A stretch of 56,392 nucleotides of DNA, filler included, from Sphacelaria rigidula (lineage: Eukaryota): the NCBI GenBank assembly GCA_964200075.2. It is 6 parts of 6 records of this genome, joined end to end, with 100 filler letters (N's around TTAATTAATTAA, not from the genome) between each part and the next. Parts side by side here need not be neighbours in the genome. Positions count along the whole stretch, not along the records: positions 9,417 to 18,732 come from CAXNAA020008766.1; positions 18,833 to 28,147 come from CAXNAA020008767.1; 4 more parts are not named here. One strand, given 5' to 3'. Both the position numbers and the translations under genes were made by a program. Positions 10,495-24,400 of this stretch are shown one piece after another (positions within the stretch are counted from its first letter, which is position 1; each line of letters starts with the position of its first letter). Under the pieces are notes generated by a model that was given only the letters and a program-made list of their open reading frames with translations, was not told the origin of the DNA and made no database searches.

Positions 10495-11762
10495 GTGAGC
10501 GGCGGCGGCTTTCAAAGCGGGAGTTAGTTTTATCTGTCGTGGCGATGAAAATGCGTCCGTGTGGAACCAACACGACAGGCAGATTTTTATATGCATGGAT
10601 AGTTTCTACCGCAGCAGTACTTGGCACTGCTTGTGCTTCTGGGGGTGAGACCGCCGCCATCTGGGAGGTGAAAACCTTAGGCACGTACTCAAAACAAATA
10701 TTGTTGCAGGTTGGAAATGCTCACGCTTGATGCCTGTGTATTCTTGTGGGTGTCTATCCTGTCCTTGTAATTGAATGCACGTAAATCCAGGCACTCCGGG
10801 AGGACCTCCACGATGGCGCAGAGGGGGGTCAATCGGGTAGAAGCCCGTAGGCAGAATCCTTGATGCATATTTATTCATGGATGCATATTATATGTTGACG
10901 AACTGGAACAGACTGGAACGAACTGGGACGAACACAACAACTGAATACTGTGGGGAAACCCAACCGCGCAAATCGGCAAAACTCATCTCCCTTCCCAGCC
11001 ATCAATCACACGAGCGCAACATAACCACACATCCTATAATTGCGTCAAACACCATAATCTTACATGGACACACAAAGTACCATAATCGTGGTTGTTGCTA
11101 CACACCACAAGCCACCGTGCCTACACCAGGAATTATCATGTGTCACATGAGAGGTATTCTCATTTTTCGCCCAATTCAACCGTCGCAAACAGTACCTGCA
11201 CTTATTGACCGTTTATACCCGATCCTCAACCGAGGTACATACCCGATCCTCAACCGAGGTACAAACATACTCCAGGCAAATCCAATCAACCATGTATATC
11301 ATACTTGAGTGTGAGTATATTCGATTACCCCTGCCCCCTGCCCCCCGTCCGAGCATATTGCTCGTTGTCTTTCTCGTCAAGCGTTGGAAATGTGCATTCA
11401 AGTCAGGTACACGTGTACTCAACGGTAGAGACAGTGGATGCAAAACAGACAGCGAACACTGTCAGTGAAAAATTATACTCACGGTCTGTGTGGGCAATAC
11501 CGTTATTCCAGTATCAGTTGATCATGGAAAATGGATTGATACCACCGCGGAAACAACAGCATATCATAAGTTCAACATCAACGAACGGCGGACACAAGCA
11601 TTCCCATTCCGCTGCGGCTTGCAGCCGTACGTGGTCTTGACCAACCGATAGGCTTGGTCAAGATCTATATACTGCACACCAGTCATTCCCTGGGGTGTTT
11701 CTATTTTGCAGACACGCACTCGATATCCAAAACCGAAAGCAGGCCTACCTTGCGTACCAACG

Positions 11763-11971
11763 CGCGGTCAGGTGGAAATAATATTTCCGCGAACTATTTG
11801 TTTCGTTTTCCTCACGTCACCGACCTATATCCCATTTCTGTGTAATGGTACCCTCATTACACACGGTGCGGTCAGGTGGAAATAAAAAATCCGCGATCTA
11901 TTTGTTTCGTTTTCGTTACGTCACCAACCTAAATCCCACTTCTGCATAATAGTACCCTCGTTACACACGGT
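11763..11971. repeat. Two-copy ~105-bp tandem duplication
   Basis: GCGGTCAGGTGGAAATAA...TATTTGTTTCGTTTTC...TACCCTC.TTACACACGGT occurs twice in tandem. Confidence 0.85.
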
Positions 11972-11999
11972 ACTGTGTACCGCATATGCACTTACTGGT

Positions 12000-14394
12000 A
12001 CAGGGCGTTTGTCAGCTTTGTGTATCTCTCACGTTGCATGTGAACTACTGCGCATTGCTCAGCTTTTGCATACGACATAGTGATTTCACTTGACCCTTCC
12101 GGAGTGGGTTACGTCTGTGTCAAAAGCGTTGGCGCAACGTTTGGAGGGTTGCACAGCTGTTCTTAGCCAGTACCGTTACTTGATTTGCCATATTCCGGGT
12201 GACCGTAACGCATGGGGTGACTTGCTTACGCGTTGGGTGAATATTCCGGCTTTGACTGAGCGCGCTGTGGCTATGTATGGTCCGTGTGCACCTGATGACT
12301 CGATGCCGTCCGAATCTGTTGTCCGCCTGGCGAAACGAAAAGACCTTGGGGCCGAAGATGCGGATGTGTAATCTTTCGAGTGGGACGTTGGTACTGCTAT
12401 CTTGGACAATGAAAGTATGTTTCATATGCATGTGCGTGGTCGAAACGTTTTGTAGATTCCGACTTCTGACAAGCAGTTGTAGGTACGTCTGATGATTTGC
12501 GCGCACACGCGCGACGCCGGGCATTGTGGTGTGGCTGCGACGCTCGTGCGCTTGCAAGCGTTTTGTGTGTGGCAAGTGATAGAAACTCATGTGCGCGAAT
12601 TTTCCCGCCAGTGTCGTTTCTGTGCTAACTCGAGGGCGGGCGATGTTGTTCCCCGCCCGCTCGGCGAAACGGTCCATGGGACCACGCCAAATGAAGTCGT
12701 TCATTTTGACTTCTTGTACGTGGGCAAGAGTGGCCCGCTAGCTTCCCAAGGTTTGTCTGAGGATGCTAGGTTTCGATACATTTTGGTAATCATGGATGAT
12801 TTAAGCAACTTGGTGACTCTGGAACCAGTAGCAGTGTGTACTGCTGAATCGACCACTGCAGCTTTGCTGAATTGGTGCAAAACTTTGGGGGTGCCACGTG
12901 TGTGGGTGAGTGATACCGCCACGCATTTCAAGAATGCAATCTTGGCCCGATTGCGGGAGGCTTTGCGGTAGCGTATTCTCCGTGGTCTAACGGTACGTGC
13001 GAACGCATGGTCAAGGGTAGTTCGTGCTCTTCGCTCTTTTCTTCTCAAGCAGCGTAGAGCGGTTTCCGAGTGAATGGACGTGTTACTGGCGGTGCAATGG
13101 GTGCTTAATACACCGTATCGTCGTCGTTACGATAGTACGCCGTACCACGTGATGTTTGGTCGTGCCCCTCGGACGTCTTTCTCGGTGCTGGCGTCTTCGT
13201 CGGCGGGGAATGGAAGTGTGATGTTTTGGACGATGTTCAAATTAAGAGTGCATTGCAAGGAGTCTTGGACTTGCAAGAACGTTTCCACGTTCTAGTACAG
13301 GAACGTGTTGCCGCTGAACGTGCGCGTCGACGTGAGGGGTCCTCGTCGGGGCTGGAATTGCCGAAATTTGAGGTAGGCGACCATGTCTTGTATGCACGCG
13401 TGTGTCGTCCGGGTGTTACGCCCAAGTTGATGGCGACGTGGACTGGTCCATGGAGAGTGGTTGGTGCTCACCACCTGCACGTGTTTGAGATTCAGAACAT
13501 CTTTTCGGGTCGTGTTCAGACCGCCCATGTAGCTCGACTGCGTTTTTATGCAGACTCGCAGCTTCATGTTACGGCTGACGTTAAGGACGTGTTCCAGCAT
13601 GCTCTCAATCAGGGGTAATTTCAGATGGCTGGTCTTGTCCGAGTGGTAGAAGCAGATGATCGTTCGTTGATCGTGTTGGTCGACTGGGTTGGTTTCGAAG
13701 TTGAGGAGCATACGTGGGAGCCTTTCAAGGATATTTCTGAGGCCGCTCCTGAATTTTTCACGAAGGAGTTGCGTAAGTTGCGCGTGATTCGCGCCCTTGC
13801 TGCTCGCATTACGAGTGAGTTTGGGATTCACTTGGGAATTACTCATCGTTTTGGCTTTTTTTATGTGTCAAGCTTGTTGATGGATTTCCGTCCAACGCGC
13901 TTTGGGGGTGCTGTGACGAAAATACGCCGTTACGTTGAGTTCGTAGTGATGATATGGATTATGACTGGGGTTACAGAGATTCTGGATGGTTCTGGATAAT
14001 GAACGGGCACACGGAGGTGGTATTTGCGTGTCTAGAAAGCTGGTGCCTTGTAAGGTAACACCTGAATGATGGGAATGTTGTAAAGGCTGACAGCTGAAAC
14101 TGAGGCCAGTAAGACTGGGGAGTCCCTCAACAGCAGTGATCCAGCAGTTCTTCCGCTGGTTGGCGTACAAAGAACAGCATCCAAGACCAGATTTCGCAAC
14201 TTTCGTTCATGCATGAAAAATGCCATTTTCGATCAATACAGCACCCAATCTGATCGAACCTGGCTCGTCAGATAATCAGCTCCCACCCGTGGGGCAGGAC
14301 TCACCGACATGTTGATACATACCCTCTTCAAGCGTCAACGTTCGATCTACTCCGTTGGCTGTGATGTAGTGCACAATCTCAGCCGAGTTTCACA
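12000..14394 (+). mobile_element. 3' part of a decayed Ty3/Gypsy chromovirus-like LTR retrotransposon (RNase H end, integrase, chromodomain, probable 3' LTR)
   Basis: YRYLICHIPGDRNAWGDLLTRW (RNase H end); HHCC motif AH..AGH..CRFC; VHFDFL..VWVSDTATHF (integrase core); WTGPWRV (GPY/F); LVDWVGFEVEEHTWEP (chromodomain). Frameshifts and stops are present. Confidence 0.9.
13912..14394 (+). repeat. Probable 3' LTR of the Gypsy relic
   Basis: Begins TGTGA after a short G-rich tract (GGGGG) and ends TCACA. No second LTR is present in the contig to confirm it. Confidence 0.5.
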
Positions 14395-14755
14395 TGTAGC
14401 TCGATGGAGGAATTGCAGGAAATGTGACTGGGTGTAAATCAATGCATCACGAGATCAGTGTTCGCCCGTCATAGCAGCAGAAGCACTCCACTACATGCTT
14501 GTCCACTTCTATTTTTCGAACCGCGCGACGTGGGCAGGCCTGTTCGCAAGGGACGTGGTGGACAAGTCAGTTGCACTACACGCACGAGAGCAGCGCATGA
14601 CAACCAAATCACGCCGCCGCTAGGGCAATGAACAACTGAAAATGCCTGTATAGTTTGTATATGGGACGGGGGCATGATGAGAGACAAAAGCGCCATCATC
14701 GCATGTAACCAAACCTGACAACGAATAACCGCATCGAAAGCATAATTGAGCTCAC

Positions 14756-15020
14756 CCATCCCTATTATTTTGATCCTCTCCTCCCTCTCTCCCAATTTCA
14801 TCTGACGGCTCTTGCCCATCAGCACCATCCCCACCGAACCCCTCGCCCCCTTCCTCAACATTCATTACGCAGCTTGCTGATCCCTCCAAGATAGCAACGT
14901 CTTCCGGCCGTGCCAACATTGAGAACATTGATCGGATTTCCTGCAGCTCCTCATCCCCTACACCGCTTTCTGCGAGCATCGGGAAACGGGAGAAAAAGGA
15001 GTTATATAATGTACCGCCTG
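14756..15020 (-). CDS. Possible exon of an unidentified gene or element (acidic/Gly-rich)
   Basis: Open frame GGTLYNSFFSRFPMLAESGVGDEELQEIRSMF..., bounded by CAG and GTGAG. No recognisable family. Confidence 0.3.
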
Positions 15021-15786
15021 CTGCATACAATCATGAACAGCCGTAAACCCTGAACGTCAGGCGTATCATTTCACAGGTGAGCGATTTTGCGGCGACAAGA
15101 TTTTGGATCAAGACAACAAGGCCTTGAGTCACAGATCGTGTGAGGACGAGTCCACTTTTGAGGGGTGATGGAATGAAGCTTATATTGTACATGCAGCTAG
15201 AGCTGGGCTTGGTTCCAGTGTTCGAGTCCGAACGTTCCTGCCACTCAACTGTCGAATGCGAGCTTTTCACCCATCTGCAGCTCATACCCACGCTACTTCC
15301 CATTTCTCTTCCATAAATTCGACAAGCCAAGTACTCTCCTGTGCAACACAACCAATGCCAGACTATGAGCGGAAAGTATTGGCGCGCAAATGATTCACCG
15401 CCTGGCTTTGTATTTTCTTGAGCAAAACAAATGAGGTGAGGTGTGGGAAATAACCACCCCTCCACGTAAAAAAGACAGTGGAGGAGAAAAATAAGGGAAT
15501 ATAACAACGTTTTCAGAGCAAAGCGCTGATTGAGAGTGGCTTCGGTCATTTGCTTCCACCTAGCCATTTTTCATTTCGTGTGCGCTTTTCTTTGCCTCTA
15601 TCACAGCTACACGTCGATATCCTACTCAGGGATATCAAGGGCCGCAGTGACGAACTACTACAGAAAGCATATCGGGCCTCGTGAAGGGGCATTTCGGAAC
15701 TGGAACGACTCATTCACTAATCGACCGCCTTTCACTCTCAAGCGTATTCTTTTGTCTCAATCTCACGGAAAAGTTGTTATATGTTG

Positions 15787-17950
15787 AGATGTAGTGAATA
15801 ACGCAAATGAAGATTTCGATGGCAAGATGAAACATTTGTGGGTAGGGATAGAAGGGATTATGGGAAACAAGCCAGGAAAGAGAAGCAAGGAGATAGCCAC
15901 ACTAGAGACGTAGAAAGGCGAAATGGTCAGTAGTTCGAAGGGGAAGAGAGAAGTACCATAATACTAGAGCACTACCGTAAACTAGGACAACCAGAAACTA
16001 AGAAGAGGTTAGACACGGAATTTGAGAAAAAATCAACGAGTGGGCAGAAGCAAATATAGGGGCATCAAAGCGGCAGGATGGTGGCTCCAAAGAATTGCAG
16101 AGAGAGTTCGCCAGGAATGGAGTCAAGGAGTGCGCAGCTAAAGTCAAGAAGAGAAAGACAGCCGAGGCAGGCGAAATAGTGAGTGAATTACCAAAGTACG
16201 GGGGGGGGGGAATGATAAACATCATGGCTATGCTTAAAAATCGGATGTGAGAAAATGAGTACACACCCAAGAGATGGAAAGAACGAATACCAGTGAACCT
16301 CTTCAAGAAAGGAGACAAGGCTGACCCGAAGTATTATGGAGGGATAACGCTACCGAGTACCGTAGGGAGAACCATCATGTAAGATTCTCAATGATGGAGT
16401 GGGAACGATGCTAAAAAAGGGAGAAAATATCAGCAAGGTGCAAGCAGGTTTTAGACCAAACCGTAGTTGCGTAGTAGACCATATGTACACATTAGGCAAG
16501 ATTATTTAAGATTGAAAAGACGCCGGGCCGACGACGTACTGTTTCTTTCTAGACGTACAGAAGGCCTATGACATACTATGGATAAATGGCCTGTGGAAAA
16601 CGTTGTGGGAAACTGGGTTCGGAGGAAAGATGTGGGGAATGGTGAAGAAGATGACAAAGTATGCCAGTACTATGATGCTATGCGGGGAAACATCATTTTT
16701 TTTTCATGTTCTACGTGGAGTTGCACGAGGATGTACGATATCACCCACTTTATTCAAAGTATTCATCAATGACCTGATGATAGCAAAAGAAGCAGAAGAA
16801 GTCAAGGTGGGGGAGAATACGGGATCAGGATTGATGTTCGTGGATGATTTCGTGGGGATATCAGAAACAGCAGAAGGATTGCACAAGCAAATAGAGAAGG
16901 CGCTATAGCGGAATATACTAGGAGATTGAGAGTGACGGCGGACGTTAACAACTGCGGGGTACTTGTATGAAACGAAGATAAAAAGAACCCGGTAGAGTTC
17001 AAATGGAAGTGGGGAGAAGAGGAACTGCCGATCGTAGACTAGTATACATACCTTGGCGTGAATATATAAAAAACCTGTTTTCGGATTGCACACATAAATT
17101 AAGTAACAGAAAAGGATAAAGCACCGATAGGCCAGATGGAGGTGACCCTACGAGATTCGCACATGGCTACTAGGATTAAGAGGTGTATTCTGGTTGATGT
17201 GATTGTACCGAAGGAGTATGCACGGCGTATTGAGAGCAGGGTTGGGATTGTACCCGCTTAAAGCAAATAGAGACATGAGAAAATTGAAACAGCAATATAG
17301 CGTAAGGAGCATCCCAAGGACGACATTGCCAGCAGTAGTTGGTATGATCGCGTGGAAGAAAGTGACGAAAGGGCAGGCCGGAAAAAATGGCATAGCGTGG
17401 TCGAGAAAGTATAGAAGGACGTGGGAGGAAACCAAGACAAGATAGTGTCTACAGGTGAATACAGGGGGTACAAGACAAAAGTAAGAGGCATGATAGAAAT
17501 AAGGGATATAGAACCGCTCGGACGGGAAGTAGACGAGGGAGAACACCTGACGACACACGGCGGGTTGAGAGAGGGGGTAGGGGTGAAGACATACCTGCAT
17601 GGCGCAATGGACTCCGCGAAAAAAATTGGAGCTACGATTTCCGGTTGGGGAACTGGACCTGCCAGAAAGGAGAAGGAGGTACCAGTAGTCGAGTGGAGGA
17701 GGGAGTAGGCGTACAGAATTGCCCCTGTGGCGATGCAATTGGGAGTAGAGCTCATATAATGGCAGAATGTGAATTAGACTTAAAAGGGCGGGGCGTGTCA
17801 GAGGGAGAAATGTAGGAAGTAAACGAAAGTGACACGTTCGAAGGCCTCTCTATCAGGAGTAGGAATGGTGCTCCGTCTCGAAAGGGATGCGTGGTCAATG
17901 GCCAAACGGCCAAGGAAAGAAACAAATGAGTGCGCCTCCCCGCCCACCCC
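15787..17950 (+). mobile_element. 5'-truncated degenerate LINE: reverse transcriptase and C-terminal CCHC, ending in a C-rich tail
   Basis: LFKKGDKADP..GITL, QAGFRPNRS, FFLDVQKAYD, RGVARGCTISPTLFKVFINDL, LMFVDDFVG, YTYLGV, CPCG..SRAHIMAEC. Numerous stops and frameshifts. Confidence 0.93.
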
Positions 17951-18377
17951 AGTGTCTAGATACGTGGCTGAAGAACAGAGTTCTAGAATCAAAAGTTCGG
18001 GGACGAAGTACAGGATGGATGCAGCTACTGACGTGTTTGGTATTGCACGGGAAACTGAAACTGTGTTGTGTCGATGTTGTAGCTCCATGGATAAAGCGTA
18101 CTCATGGCAAGCGGCAACCTTTTTATTTTTTGTTCGTTGTCTCGTGTACTCCGGTGTGTCCAGATTATTTTCCCTATGCATTCGAAGATTGAGCCGGCTA
18201 GTCCGTAAAGCACCCAGAACGAAAGACCTTCAATCGAGAAAGGTAGAATACACAACAGATTTGCGGTCAAGAGAAACTGCGCATGAAATAAGACGTGCTA
18301 CAGCACAAAGGACAAAGCACAAAGCACACCAGCTGGATCATGACACATTCTACGATAGCCCCCCCCACAACCAGCCC

Positions 18378-18440
18378 GGCGAGGTCAATGGTCGTATGAC
18401 TATGGCATGCATGATCATGAGTACACAACCAACCCAAACC
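18378..18440 (+). mobile_element. Short 3' fragment of a related LINE subfamily; further copies at 28056-28147 (-) and 47078-47160 (+)
   Basis: GCGAGGTCAATGGTCGTATGACTATGGCATGCATGATCATGAGT followed by a C-rich tract. Flanks CACAACCAGCCC / CACAACCAACCC may be a decayed TSD. Confidence 0.7.
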
Positions 18441-18617
18441 TGCCAAGAAGAAAATAGTCATACACCGCCTGGTGTATGATTTCAGGCTGCAAAAAGCGCC
18501 TCATATGAGCGACATTGGCGAAAACGAAACCAAGCGTTCAAATTGCCAGTTGCTCGTTTTGCTGTCTTTTTTCATTTCGATTCACGTATAGATTTTGCCT
18601 CCCCAAACCAGCCACTT

Positions 18618-18630
18618 TGTGTGTGTGTGT

Positions 18631-18661
<31 letters not shown>

Positions 18662-18669
18662 GGGGGGGG
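18618..18669. repeat. (GT)n microsatellite joined to poly-G
   Basis: Read directly from the sequence. Confidence 0.95.
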
Positions 18670-21489
18670 AGGCCGTCGCTGTGGATTACGCGCACCGCCG
18701 GGGTGAGGACCATGAAGCCCTTGGCATCGACCNNNNNNNNNNNNNNNNNNNNNNNNNNNNNNNNNNNNNNNNNNNNTTAATTAATTAANNNNNNNNNNNN
18801 NNNNNNNNNNNNNNNNNNNNNNNNNNNNNNNNATGCACGATATCGTGCTATTTCACGATAGTAATGCTGCCGGCAAAAAAACACTGCCCTGTCTGTACTG
18901 TCTGTCCCTGGTTTTACGGTCGTGAAAAGGATGCATGGAGTGCTGCAGCAGTTATGCTGTTGGCACTGTACTGTACATACAACATTGGTAACTACTTTTG
19001 CCCTGACTACACTACGCTTGTATGCGAGGAGTGTGTGATGGAGCACTGACTGCACCGTTGCGGGTGCCGTGTGCGAGGAATGTGTGATGGAACGACAAAT
19101 CGCAGACTGAGAAAAGTCTCTGCGAATCGCCATCGATTCGCAGAGAGATTCCGCAAAACCCCGTTGTCTGCGATTTGTGGCTAATTTCAAGAGGCTTTTT
19201 TCATGAAAAATGGCCCTATAAGGTCGCGTTCTGAAAAACGTCTCTGGAGACTGATCAAAATGACTTTATTTCGAAACGTGATCATCACTGCGATAAGAAC
19301 CAATCTCACTCGCTAAACTTCAGGGTACGGGGCGCGCACAGAATTCAGAATTGCAAAGGTGGGACGAACAAACATCAAAGAATAGCCCCTCCAGAAGTGT
19401 GCACCACCTGGTCGATTAGGACCTCACTTGATTTGAGTATAAATATCAATATTCGGATCTTTAGACGGGCTGACAAGCCTCAACCGCGCCTCGCGTGCGC
19501 AGAAGACGTTTTCGTCAAATCGGTACCTGCGGCGCCGTTTTGAGGTCTGCCAACGCCACACTCAATCCAGGAGACGCTTCACACCCCCCTCGCACGATGA
19601 TTTTCGGTATGCCTTGGGTTGGGGTCAGGGTTGGGGTTAGCGTTGGGGTCAGCGATATTTAAAAAATATAGTTCCGAGAAAATTCTTCATCGACCAAGTG
19701 AACACAGCTCAAGAAAAAGGAAGAGCGTGGCTCGGAACAACAGTGACAAAATGTACGGAACAGAATAACGGCTGCAAGTGTTCGACCTTGTTGGAGAAGT
19801 CCCGAACGAGCGACAGCCATGTTCGATCGAGATGCCCCTCTCTTCGACGATCACTCGTGTACTGTACACAACTGTACTGTGCTACCTGTGCCGTGCTCTA
19901 CTGTGTCGAGTGCGTTCACGACGACCAAAAGCCACCTGGCTGCGGGACTCTCACAGCACGTGGGCAAGATACGAGCATAAACGTGCCAAAACAGGAAACA
20001 AGGTGACAACTACTCTACGCGTGCTGTCTCTAGTATATTTGTATGATCAAACTATCCCAGTACATACAGTCCATTACACGTAGGAAAACAGACGACACAA
20101 GTGACATCAGAGGTGATACCCAAATCCTCCTGGTGATATAAAATACCAAACTGATCCTACCGTCCATTTGAATCACTATATTCACTCCGCACTCACTCTG
20201 ATACACTCCCTCACCTCTGCAAAAGTTGATATTGCAGCGCTGCTTCGCTGCTTCCCGCTATCAGCGTCGCCCCACTGTTTTTTTCAACCGACTTCTCCTC
20301 GCTTTTCAACATGTGTGTATATTTGCTCAATACTCTGTGTCCGGACCCGCAGTGGAGTTTCGGAGATTAGCTACAAATAAAATAGTATGACACACTCAAA
20401 CATAAACTCTGGCCACAATCAATCCGGCAGAAGAACTGCAGGGTGATTGATTTCTGCCGTGCGACATGACAAGCATCGTCAGAAATACTTTGGATGCACA
20501 CGGTATATCCTCTCTGCGAGCAGTCGCGTCCATGCGATAATCAATGGCAAGGAATGTTGATTATCCTCAAAAAGCTGAAGCCCATTTTTTGACCGAAGCG
20601 TGTGTGAATGTTTGTGAACGGTGACAGCGCAACGTACACCCGCGCGACCAGGTGTATCCTTCTTTGGTCTCTCTCGTGCCCTTAGATTATCGACGCCACC
20701 ACCATTGTTACTAGCTGGTGTACTGTACTCTATTGTTGTTCAATGTCCTCTCGAAATGATGTTATCCGCAGTAATGTGCAATCCTTCCGCGGTGAGGTAC
20801 CATCATTGAGGGGAGATCGGAGTAGAGTTCGGGATGATACTGTCGTACGTAGTAATACAATTTTCAAATATATGTGGAACGAGATCTACGAGCCGGAGGC
20901 GTTGTGAAAATCGGACATGCGTAACGCACGGATTCCACAGATTGGGGGGTCCACGCGCAGGATCCAATCACATCAAGGGAGTAGCGGAAACGGGTGTCGA
21001 CGGTTGGTCCTTTTGACGCCTGCCGCATCAACTGCCCGTTCACCGTTCACGAGCATCTCGCGTTGTGTAGATGCTTGTATACTGAGGAGGGTATCTGGTC
21101 ATTTCAGCCTTCAGTATATGGCTTGATCCAACAGAAACAAGATACTGCTGCTGCTGTGCACCACACTCGTCCGGCCCAAGTATACACTGCATTGTCGCCG
21201 TGAGATCCATTCGCCGTTTTCACACAGTCAAAAGTGTACAGACCACAATTGCATCATCACCGGACCAGGTGTTACTAACGATGGCGCCCTTGCTGTTGGT
21301 GACGGAGTCTACGGAGCAGTTATTACATAGATAAAGCAGCTGCTCCGGTCGGCTGTCAACGAGCGCAGGCAACGCCGTTGTTGCAGGTATCGCTCACGAA
21401 GATTCCACAGAAGTGAGTGGAAGGAGCAACGTAGTCTCGCATCAACGGCGACACCGAGGCGAGGACACAAGTTGCACTAGCGTCGAGTA

Positions 21490-24400
21490 ATGGGCGTGGC
21501 GAAGCCTGGTAGCTGCGGTGGAGAGTTACTGGTGGTCATCGATGTGCAGAGCAAAAAGCAGGGCGCAGTCAAAGAGATATTCGTTCGGGATGGCGACAAC
21601 GCGTACCGTTTGGCCGAAGACTTTGTCTTGAGGTGAGGCTACTCTCTTGAACACCAGCACGATCAAAACTGTGGTGGAATCGAAGGGTGTTAGCAAAGAG
21701 GGCACAGGTATATTGCCTCCCAGTCGCCACTCTCGGAAAAAAAGACTGAGACGTGTGCTTTGCGCGGCAGACCCCGACCTGTCCGTCTTTCACCTAGATG
21801 CAACAACTCCTCCCGTTCTCCGTGTTACTGCGCAATGTACCACTCTGGTGATACTATTATACAACATAGCTGCTCTATCTATGTAATAACTGCTCCGTAG
21901 ACTCGGATGGAAGAATCGTGAGGAAATGCGCGTCGAAAAGATGATGGGGAAAACGTTCCTCACCGTAGACTCGTGTGCGGTTTAGAGCACGTTGGTTGCT
22001 AGCCACATAATTTCTGAATTCCAAGCTGTGGTCTTTTTCTCGTACCCTCGACGAACTCTTAGATTTCAGCAGTTCGCCCGGATTACGAAGTGTACAGCCG
22101 ACACACCCCAAAAGAAACTTGAAGCCCTCCCTGTAGAAACAACATGCCATCCACGCCGTCGATCCGACAATATCCGACGAAGTTACAGCAGTTTTTTCAA
22201 AGTTGGCAAATTGACCAAATCGTGTTTTGTTTTGTGAACAACAACATAGTATTCTTTACGAGTATCACTTGCTGGATGTAATCGGACTGATAATCTAGAC
22301 GCGGCATGAGCCATACTACGATAGCGGGGGGGTGGGGGGGTGGGGGGGGGGTAGTTTGGACCATTTCTTCCACGAATTTTCACTTCAAATTGTCGTTGAA
22401 AGCAGGAAAGGATGATCGAACACGTTTCTCAACGATAAGCAACGCTCATTCATACTGCTTGCCACCGTTTTTTAATACAAGCGCACCGCGAGTTTGTCAG
22501 GCCGTCTGACACATCGTCGAGCTCTTTTATTGGTGGAATCAATTCCCCCCCTATCGTAGCATGACTCGCACACTGTCCCCTCTAGTAAGGGCTTTAACCT
22601 CTCTCAAGGTGCGCGGGCTGAATGGCCCATCTTTCAGGTCAAACCTAGTGGATAATAGGATGTGTCGTCCAGGATCTGTAAAACGATCACGATCGAGATT
22701 TCACGATAACGTTGTTGAGCGCAGTACAGTGTTGGGTGAATTACTCGACTTTCGTGGCGCGCAGATAACACAAGTCGTGACTTCAACTCGCGCCCCGAGA
22801 AGGTGGATCATAATACGCAGAGCGAAGGCAGATAAATAGGCATATCAGCCGGACGAAGGGCTAGGCATGCACGCCAAACTAACACACGAATAACTTCGTG
22901 TAGCACACGCCCCTACTCGGAGCGGCCGGCGATGGGAGTGTGCTCAGTATACGACGTGAGAGGAATCTACTTCGTAACGATTGCCACCAAGGGGCGTTGT
23001 TAACTCCTTGACCGCCGAAGGAGGTCCTTTGTGAAGTCAGCATCCTTTTCAGTCCGATTCATGAATGGATCACCTCCGGCCGTCAACGGCTGAACGGGAC
23101 TTTTTTTTCGGACGTTTTCGATTTTTTCGGAACAAATTTAATTTTGTTCCGACTTCTCCAACAAACGAAATTGCTGGAAAAAAATCCGACGCCAGATTTT
23201 CGGAGTAAATCTGCAGTCAGTCTTGAAAACTTTGAGTGCCTGACCCGGCGAAGAATTTTTTCTCCCACGTTTTTCGGGGAGGAGTAATTGTTTTGGAAAA
23301 GTTGGAGATTTCCTCTGGAAAAGAAGTCCCATCAATAACGCCTACCCTTGGAGCACAGGGGGACTTGCTTTCACCACCCACTCGCCGTAGTCTGTAGTAT
23401 TTTCGGGGGCAAACAAGCGGTGGATCCCTCGGTAAGCATACCTGTCCGTCGATGAGAAGCATGCGTGCTTTGGCTGCCCACCCCATGCCATACCGGCCTG
23501 GGTATCCAGCACATGACGGGAGCGATGGGCCCTGTGACCACTGACACAGTGCTTGCTGTGGCCGGTGTAATCCCAACACACCCCGCTCCTACACAGGCGT
23601 CATACCGGGAGCCATGCCGGGCGGTGGAATCGAGATGGTGCTCGAACACTTTTTTTCGCAAACGTTTCTGCAGGCATGTGGTGGGACTCTATCACCAGTA
23701 GTAGTAGTGCTAGCACTAGCACTAGCACTACTACTACTGCTACTACTACTACTGCTGCTACTACTGCTACTGCTACTACTACTGCTGCTGTTACTACTAC
23801 TGCAACTGCTACTCCTACATGTGGCTGCAATGTTTGTGATCAGCACATGTGACATACTGAGTGTCAGATCGAAGATTTTACTTTTGGGTGATTTTACATG
23901 ACGTCGCTATATAACAGTTTACACCCATCTCAAACAGGCTTCTTGGCTGCTGGTAAACCACAGCTGCTCATGAGGTACGCAACAGTCACGTAACGTCCTT
24001 CCGTTAACGCCTAACAACTCGTGCACACCCAAACCCAGCATCCCGCAAACGAAGCAGCACGGACTTGGCCTGCACCATGTTCGAGCCGTGGGTTCCCACA
24101 TACTGGCCAAGGTTCGAGAGACCGGCTTCAGAACAGAACCCAACGGCCAGTGTTTTATGGCACCCGTCACGGCACAATCTACCAGCCCGTTGACACATCT
24201 ATGTCCCATGGGCGATACTACTCTAAACGACGGCACTCCTTCTGTCGCGACGACGTTGTCACCGCCCCGATCACGGGCGAATGCGAGTCAGCAGCGGTGT
24301 CGATCCAGAAGGTGAGCTTGTGCCCTTCTGTATGTGGTGGATGATGCTGTGCGTGTTCAAAGGACAAGGGAATCATCACACGACGCCCGCACAGCGAGTG

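Noticed and set aside
19612-19652. GGGTT(A/G/C) telomere-like hexamers
   Set aside because: Short, degenerate and internal; more likely part of a dispersed repeat.
20420-21130. Minus-strand LFEDNQ resembling Copia RNase H
   Set aside because: No supporting KHID or RT motifs nearby.
22985-23352. Possible MITE with CCAAGGG..GCGTT ends
   Set aside because: The TIR match is short and gapped, and no TSD was identified.
23589-23901. Poly-Leu, poly-Ser and poly-Val ORFs
   Set aside because: These are translations of an intronic CTA/CTG microsatellite.
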